A DNA stretch of 64,000 bases, taken from the NCBI GenBank assembly GCA_964646255.1, contig CAZYDI010000001.1, positions 35,213 to 99,212 of the forward strand, given 5' to 3'. Under the pieces are notes generated by a model. It ran no database searches and was not told the origin of the DNA. It saw only the letters and a program-made list of their open reading frames with translations. Of this stretch, positions 58,849-64,000 are shown piece after piece. Position numbers and translations under genes: made by a program. This DNA is from an uncultured Bacteroidales bacterium. GTDB lineage: Bacteria; Bacteroidota; Bacteroidia; Bacteroidales; UBA10428. Position 1 is the stretch's first letter, and every line of letters starts with the position of its first letter.

Positions 58849-59688
58849 ATGAGCACAATTAAAGACTTTCCGAAATACCTCTTTGAGCAATACAACAGTT
58901 TTAAGAAAGAGGTACCATCAATGACCAAGGCACACCAATTTATTGATAACCTCATCTATTTTATCTTCCCCTTCAAAATCGATAAAAAATGTACCCTTCC
59001 GCTTATTGATCTTAACCTTGCCCAACTTCAACTGGACTTTAAGGATTTGCTCACCCCTCTCGAAACCATCCTCGAAAAGCCTTCCAATGTGCTATGTGAT
59101 GCATTCTTTGAAGAATTGCCCGATATCTATGAAAGTCTCGTTAAGGACGCACAACTGTTTGTAGATTTCGATCCTGCCGCCAGGTCTCGTGAAAGCGTGA
59201 TCCTTTATTATCCCGGTTTTTATGCAATATCGGTATACCGGCTTTCACATAAGCTATTCAACCTTAAAATCCCTTATTTGCCAAGGATGATTTCAGAATA
59301 TGCGCACAGCAAAACCGGTATCGATATTCACCCCGGCGCACAAATCGGTCAGCACTTCTTTATTGATCACGGAACAGGAATTGTCATTGGTGAAACAACC
59401 ATCATTGGTAACAATGTGAAAATATACCAGGGAGTTACCCTCGGAGCAGCCTCAGTGGAAAAAAGCATGAAAGGGAAAAAAAGACACCCCACCCTGGAAG
59501 ACAATGTAATTGTATATTCAGGAAGCACAATTCTTGGCGGTGACACCATAATCGGCCATGATACCATTGTTGGAGGTAATGTCTGGCTTACCAAAAGTGT
59601 ACCCCCCTACTCCATTGTATACCACGAAAGTCAGGTGATCATCAGGGACAGCAAAAGCAACCGCGCTGCAGATAATTTTGTCATTTAA
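58849..59688 (+). CDS. cysE: serine O-acetyltransferase (long EpsC-type)
   Basis: [40 protein letters not shown], followed by further hexapeptide repeats. Confidence 0.85.
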   Translation: MSTIKDFPKYLFEQYNSFKKEVPSMTKAHQFIDNLIYFIFPFKIDKKCTLPLIDLNLAQLQLDFKDLLTPLETILEKPSNVLCDAFFEELPDIYESLVKDAQLFVDFDPAARSRESVILYYPGFYAISVYRLSHKLFNLKIPYLPRMISEYAHSKTGIDIHPGAQIGQHFFIDHGTGIVIGETTIIGNNVKIYQGVTLGAASVEKSMKGKKRHPTLEDNVIVYSGSTILGGDTIIGHDTIVGGNVWLTKSVPPYSIVYHESQVIIRDSKSNRAADNFVI

Positions 59689-59707
59689 TCACATAATTGC
59701 AACCATC

Positions 59708-60619
59708 ATGAAAGCAAATAACATACTTGAAACGATCGGCAATACTCCGCATGTTAAACTCAATCGTATTTTCGGAGAGCGGGTTGAAGTATGGTATAAG
59801 CTTGAACGATACAATCCCGGAGGAAGCATAAAGGACAGGATCGCCCTATCCATGATCGAAGATGCTGAAAGAAAAGGATTGCTTAAAAAAGGTTCGGTTA
59901 TCGTTGAACCCACATCAGGAAATACGGGCATTGGATTGGCCATGGTGGCAGCAGTTAAGGAATACCGGCTGATACTTGTTATGCCTGAATCGTTCTCACT
60001 CGAACGCAGAAAGATTATGGCATCATACGGGGCAGAACTCCTGTTAACTCCCCGTGAAAAAGGCATGCAGGGAGCTATTGACAAGGCTACCGAAATTCTA
60101 TCATCCGACCCTATGGCATGGATGCCCATGCAATTTGAAAATGAAGCCAATATAGAAGCCCATCGTAATACTACTGCACAGGAAATACGCAATGACTTTC
60201 CCGAAGGCCTTGATTATATTTTTGGAGGCGTAGGAACGGGTGGACATATATCCGGCGTTGCCCATGAGCTTAAACCGCTATTTCCGGGCCTTAAAATAAT
60301 TGCATTTGAACCGGAATTATCACCCATCATTAGTGGTGGACAGGCAGGCCCCCATCCCATACAGGGAATAGGCGCTAATTTTATTCCTAAAAACCTGCAT
60401 CGTCAGCTGATTGATGAGGTAGTCACCGTATCTAAAGAAGATTCATTTGAGTTTGCCAGGCGTTTAGCCCGCGAGGAAGGAATATTTGCCGGTATTTCTT
60501 CGGGAGCATCACTTGCAGCCGTGGCTAAAAAATTGCCTCAAATTCCGGATGGCGCAAGGATTCTTGCCTTTAATTATGACACCGGTGAAAGGTACCTCTC
60601 TGTTGAAGGATTGTTTTAG
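59708..60619 (+). CDS. cysK: cysteine synthase A (O-acetylserine sulfhydrylase)
   Basis: [18 protein letters not shown] (PLP Lys), [10 protein letters not shown] and [10 protein letters not shown]. Confidence 0.9.
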   Translation: MKANNILETIGNTPHVKLNRIFGERVEVWYKLERYNPGGSIKDRIALSMIEDAERKGLLKKGSVIVEPTSGNTGIGLAMVAAVKEYRLILVMPESFSLERRKIMASYGAELLLTPREKGMQGAIDKATEILSSDPMAWMPMQFENEANIEAHRNTTAQEIRNDFPEGLDYIFGGVGTGGHISGVAHELKPLFPGLKIIAFEPELSPIISGGQAGPHPIQGIGANFIPKNLHRQLIDEVVTVSKEDSFEFARRLAREEGIFAGISSGASLAAVAKKLPQIPDGARILAFNYDTGERYLSVEGLF

Positions 60620-60738
60620 CGTTTAATTGTGTTTTCGATTTACAGGGGAATCCTGCTGTCTAACCTGATTAACTTCCTTTTAACAGCATTGCCTGAAACC
60701 TGAACCCCTAACCGATGTTAATACTGCAAAAATCCCCC

Positions 60739-61230
60739 ATGCAGTATAAAGCAAGCTTACTGATCTTTTTTTGTGCCGCTTTTTTCGCTGAAACAAAAGC
60801 ACAGGATGCCAATGTTCCGGTAGTCCGGTTCATCGAATTTGAGAAATTCCTTTCAAACCATTCTGATACCACCTATGTAATAAATTTTTGGGCTACATGG
60901 TGTGCCCCCTGCAGAAAGGAATTGCCCGATTTTCAGAAAATACATTCCCGATACTTAAACCACAAGGTAAAGGTTCTTCTTGTAAGCCTCGATTTTTTAA
61001 ACCAGGCCGATAAAGCCCTTAAGGATTTTTTAATCACCAACCAGATTACAGCTCCGGTAATACTATTGAATGAACCGGACGCAAATTCATGGATTGATAA
61101 AGTCAGCCCGCAATGGTCCGGTGCAATTCCGGCAACACTTATTTTCCGCAAGGACCAGCGGATATTTTACGAAAGAGTACTCACCTATGAGGATATAGAG
61201 AAATCCATTTCAACGTTAAATAAACTATAA
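60739..61230 (+). CDS. TlpA-like thiol:disulfide oxidoreductase (exported thioredoxin fold)
   Basis: Signal peptide. FWATWCAPC. Confidence 0.75.
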   Translation: MQYKASLLIFFCAAFFAETKAQDANVPVVRFIEFEKFLSNHSDTTYVINFWATWCAPCRKELPDFQKIHSRYLNHKVKVLLVSLDFLNQADKALKDFLITNQITAPVILLNEPDANSWIDKVSPQWSGAIPATLIFRKDQRIFYERVLTYEDIEKSISTLNKL

Positions 61231-61235
61231 TTTAT

Positions 61236-61859
61236 ATGATTATGAAAACTATTCTGTCAGCAGTTCTGTTTTTCTTTGCCGCCGCAGCAATTGCGGGCGA
61301 AGGATATAAAGTGGGTGATAAGGCCACCGATTTTAAGCTTAAAAATGTAGATGGCAAGTATGTAAGCCTGAAAGACTTTCCCAATGCCAAGGGATTTGTC
61401 GTGGTGTTTACCTGTAACCACTGTCCTTATGCCATAGCTTACCAGGACAGGTTAATCGCACTTGATAAAAAGTACAAGGCAAAAGGCTATCCGGTTATTG
61501 CCATCAATCCTAATGATCCGTCGGTACAACCTGCCGATTCATATGAGGCCATGGTGACAAGGTCCAGGGAAAAGGGCTTTACCTTCCCTTACCTTTATGA
61601 CGAAAAGCACAGTGTTTATAAGTCTTACGGCGCAACAAACACGCCTCATTTATATATCCTCCAGAAGGATAAGGCAGGAGAACTGGTTGTAAAGTATATA
61701 GGAACTATCGATGACAACTATCAGAATGCTGATGCTGTACAAAAGCCCTATGTTGAAAATGCGCTTGAAGCCCTGCTGAACAACCAGGAGCCCAATCCAA
61801 GCTTTACCAAAGCCATAGGATGCAGCATTAAATCCAAACCGGCCGAAGCGAAACTGTAA
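61236..61859 (+). CDS. exported thioredoxin-fold (redoxin/AhpC-TSA-like) protein
   Basis: Signal peptide. VVVFTCNHCPY (CxxC) and TPHLYIL. Confidence 0.7.
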   Translation: MIMKTILSAVLFFFAAAAIAGEGYKVGDKATDFKLKNVDGKYVSLKDFPNAKGFVVVFTCNHCPYAIAYQDRLIALDKKYKAKGYPVIAINPNDPSVQPADSYEAMVTRSREKGFTFPYLYDEKHSVYKSYGATNTPHLYILQKDKAGELVVKYIGTIDDNYQNADAVQKPYVENALEALLNNQEPNPSFTKAIGCSIKSKPAEAKL

Positions 61860-61882
61860 AGTATGTCAAGGCAATAAAAAGC

Positions 61883-61919
61883 AAAAAGGCCACATTGACG
61901 ATTCAGTGTGGCCTTTTTT
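61883..61919. terminator. bidirectional terminator between convergent genes
   Basis: A5, then GGCCACA (61888-61894), a 12-nt loop, TGTGGCC (61907-61913), then T6. Confidence 0.8.
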
Positions 61920-61920
61920 A

Positions 61921-62310
61921 TCATGGCTTTTCAGAAGTGAAGAACTGATCGAAATCATTATAGGAAACCAACCGGTAATTCAACAGTTGTCGCGATGTAA
62001 ACGTACCAAAATAACCTTTGGTGAGCATATCCTCCTTAATATCCGGAAGGCTTGAATTGATGAGCAGAACACTTTTCTGGCCATGAAGTGATGATGAATC
62101 ACCGAAATACTTAATAATGCATTCATTCCCCTTGCTCTCATGCAAAACTTTCAATTCTGTGGCCCTGGCCGATAATCTGTCGCCGCTTCCTTTCAACACC
62201 ACTGTGTACAACAAACTATCCCCCTGCACCGAAGAATAAAACTGGTCACCCTTGGAATACTTGCAACCAAAGGCCAAAACCAATAAGATGAATGAAGCGA
62301 TGATCTTCAT
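61921..62310 (-). CDS. small lipoprotein of unknown function
   Basis: Lipobox LAFGC. 129 aa. The start overlaps the upstream gene stop by 4 nt. Confidence 0.5.
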   Translation of the reverse strand: MKIIASFILLVLAFGCKYSKGDQFYSSVQGDSLLYTVVLKGSGDRLSARATELKVLHESKGNECIIKYFGDSSSLHGQKSVLLINSSLPDIKEDMLTKGYFGTFTSRQLLNYRLVSYNDFDQFFTSEKP

Positions 62311-63203
62311 TGTATTTGTTTTAAAGTTGTATATACACGCTCTATTGCATTGCGGGCAATGGTTTCATCGGTTAAGTTCATAACGCCGATGAGGAATCCG
62401 CTGCCTTTTTTCAGGTAAACAGTTCCGTTGAAGGGATCATTAACAACAACAAGGTTGTCTTTTACGTTTACATTGCTCTCCTTAACCAGTGCAAAATATT
62501 GTTCGGCCATTGAGCTGATCTCCTCATCCGGTAACCTTATAATAAACAATTGATGCGGCAAAGGTTCTTTATACCGGGCAGCAAAAGCATGATGGAAAAA
62601 GGAATAACCCATGAAGTTTTGGGCAATATACGTGTCTGAAAGAATAACCTTTCCTTCGTCCGGGAATACGCTCACCAATTCAGGCAATGATTTGGGCTGT
62701 GCCATTGCTTTTTCCACCATTTCCGCGATGTTTACAATGGACGCTTCATCCGCCTCTTCAATGCCTGCCGACATAATTTTTACATAATAATTGCCTGCCA
62801 GAAAATTCAACACACCCTGGCTTTTATAGCCCTGGCTGCCAACAGGCACCTGAGGGTAGTCGGGCATTCGCTCCGCAGTATAAATTCCGTAAGCATCATC
62901 GCTTGTTTTATGGCGATACAATTCAACCCTTATCATTTTGTCCTTTTGGGTATACTCCCCGATCAAAAGGTCTTCAAAATAATAACTGAGAAAAATATCT
63001 GCTGCTCCATTAATCAGTTCCCACAAATCTCCTGCATTATATACATGTTCGTTCACATTTAATTTCCATCCCGGAATTTCAGGAAACTTGATGTTTTCCC
63101 CTGCCCATACATGACAACCCCAAAACAGGGAAATCATCAATGCCAGCGATTTTAAACCTTTATTCATTGTTTTGCTTTTTTTACCACATACTATTTTCAT
63201 CAT
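62307..63203 (-). CDS. exported protein of unknown function (alternative start 63167)
   Basis: Signal peptide KSLALMISLFWGCHVWA. DLWELINGAADIFLSYYFEDL. No catalytic motif recognised. Confidence 0.5.
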   Translation of the reverse strand: MMKIVCGKKSKTMNKGLKSLALMISLFWGCHVWAGENIKFPEIPGWKLNVNEHVYNAGDLWELINGAADIFLSYYFEDLLIGEYTQKDKMIRVELYRHKTSDDAYGIYTAERMPDYPQVPVGSQGYKSQGVLNFLAGNYYVKIMSAGIEEADEASIVNIAEMVEKAMAQPKSLPELVSVFPDEGKVILSDTYIAQNFMGYSFFHHAFAARYKEPLPHQLFIIRLPDEEISSMAEQYFALVKESNVNVKDNLVVVNDPFNGTVYLKKGSGFLIGVMNLTDETIARNAIERVYTTLKQIQ

Positions 63204-64000
63204 ACCAAAAATTCCCTTGGAATAGCGCTTAATCGCGATACATCAGCGATGCGCTCATGTATGTTAAAACCCTTGGAACATTTTACCGTACAGCCTTCAC
63301 AATCCTTACATGGATTGGTTACATTGCCCATATCAGCCAGCAGCGAACCTGCGTTTTCATAATGGCGATAACCATAGGTATACATATAGGCCCTCATATA
63401 ATCATAAACAGGTAATCCTTTGCGGCATTGATCATAACATTGCCCGCATCCGTCACAGTACAATCCTGCCATTGTATTGGCCATTTCAAGATCAGCCTTT
63501 TCCTTTTCGCTTAATTCAAGGTTCTCCATAATGGAGAAATTCTGCACCATATGGTCATAGGAAACAATTCCGGGAATTGATGTATGAATACTGGGATCCT
63601 GTAAAACCCATTTCAATGCGGCAGTGCAATTCACTGGCTGCTGCCTGTCCTTGTCCATATATCCTCCTGCCATGGTCTTCATGGCAACCATACCAATACC
63701 TTTACCGGCGGCCAAAGCAGCCTTCTCCTTAATTTCTGATGCGCGTGAATGCTTAAAGTTAATGGATGTGAGCACAACATCATAAAAATTACTGTCGATG
63801 GCAGCCTGGATTACCTCTGGTTCATTCCTGTGCGTGGACATGCCAACATACCTTACTTTACCCTGTTTTTTTAGTTCATCAAGGGCATCAATAATCTGCG
63901 GCGCCAAAGCGGTAGCTTTACTCGACACTCCATGCAGGTAAAGGATATCAACATATTTCATCCGGAGTCGCTGCAAACTGAGTTCAAATTTATTCAGGAT
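63200..64000 (-). CDS. aldo/keto reductase with a C-terminal 4Fe-4S dicluster-like domain; N-terminus lies beyond the window edge
   Basis: The frame stays open to nt 64000 (...ILNKFELSLQRLRMKYVDILYLHGV, the AKR motif LxrLxxDYvDly..H). The C-terminus has CDGCGQCYDQC and CKDCEGCTVKC. Confidence 0.75.
   Translation of the reverse strand: MLNKFELSLQRLRMKYVDILYLHGVSSKATALAPQIIDALDELKKQGKVRYVGMSTHRNEPEVIQAAIDSNFYDVVLTSINFKHSRASEIKEKAALAAGKGIGMVAMKTMAGGYMDKDRQQPVNCTAALKWVLQDPSIHTSIPGIVSYDHMVQNFSIMENLELSEKEKADLEMANTMAGLYCDGCGQCYDQCRKGLPVYDYMRAYMYTYGYRHYENAGSLLADMGNVTNPCKDCEGCTVKCSKGFNIHERIADVSRLSAIPREFLV

Noticed and set aside
1-64000. CRISPR arrays, rRNA genes, insertion sequences, toxin-antitoxin or recognisable defence systems
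   Set aside because: Intergenic regions are short (the longest is 277 nt) and none shows regularly spaced repeats. No ORF carries Cas, transposase, integrase, nuclease-toxin or reverse-transcriptase motifs.

Overview
This 64-kb window looks like a chromosomal segment of a Bacteroidota genome. The evidence is T9SS type-A and type-B C-terminal sorting domains, PorP/SprF, GldH, TonB-dependent receptor/DUF4249 pairs, TAnnTTTG-type -7 promoter boxes and little sign of Shine-Dalgarno use. Most of it is densely packed housekeeping: rpsP-rimM, rpsT, radC, folK, sppA, lpxK, mtnA-mtnP, ispG, cysS, mrp-nifU, trmB, gldH, lgt, gpmA, holB, pgk, proC and cysE-cysK. There is one tRNA (anticodon CAU). I found no rRNA, CRISPR array, transposase, integrase or recognisable phage or defence genes. 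Six accessory or poorly understood parts stand out. (1) A 1929-aa modular T9SS type-B adhesin is translationally coupled to a PorP/SprF protein, and a second type-B cargo gene sits behind rpsP-rimM. (2) A six-gene ECF sigma / FecR / TonB-receptor(STN) / DUF4249 / TonB-receptor / DUF4249 locus has no known substrate. (3) A LiaF-like / LytS-type kinase / LytTR regulator module is preceded by perfect 10-bp direct repeats in 21-bp phase. (4) A frameshifted S9 peptidase and a decayed T9SS type-A CTD lie next to the tRNA. (5) There are three unusual single genes: a secreted GH42-like protein with a C-x33-C-x-C-x2-C cluster, a YfhO-like membrane protein with an extra C-terminal domain, and a Cys-to-Ala alkyltransferase-like protein. 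(6) At the right edge, a truncated Fe-S aldo/keto reductase is coupled to two exported proteins of unknown function. All functional calls come from reading motifs by eye. No database search was run.
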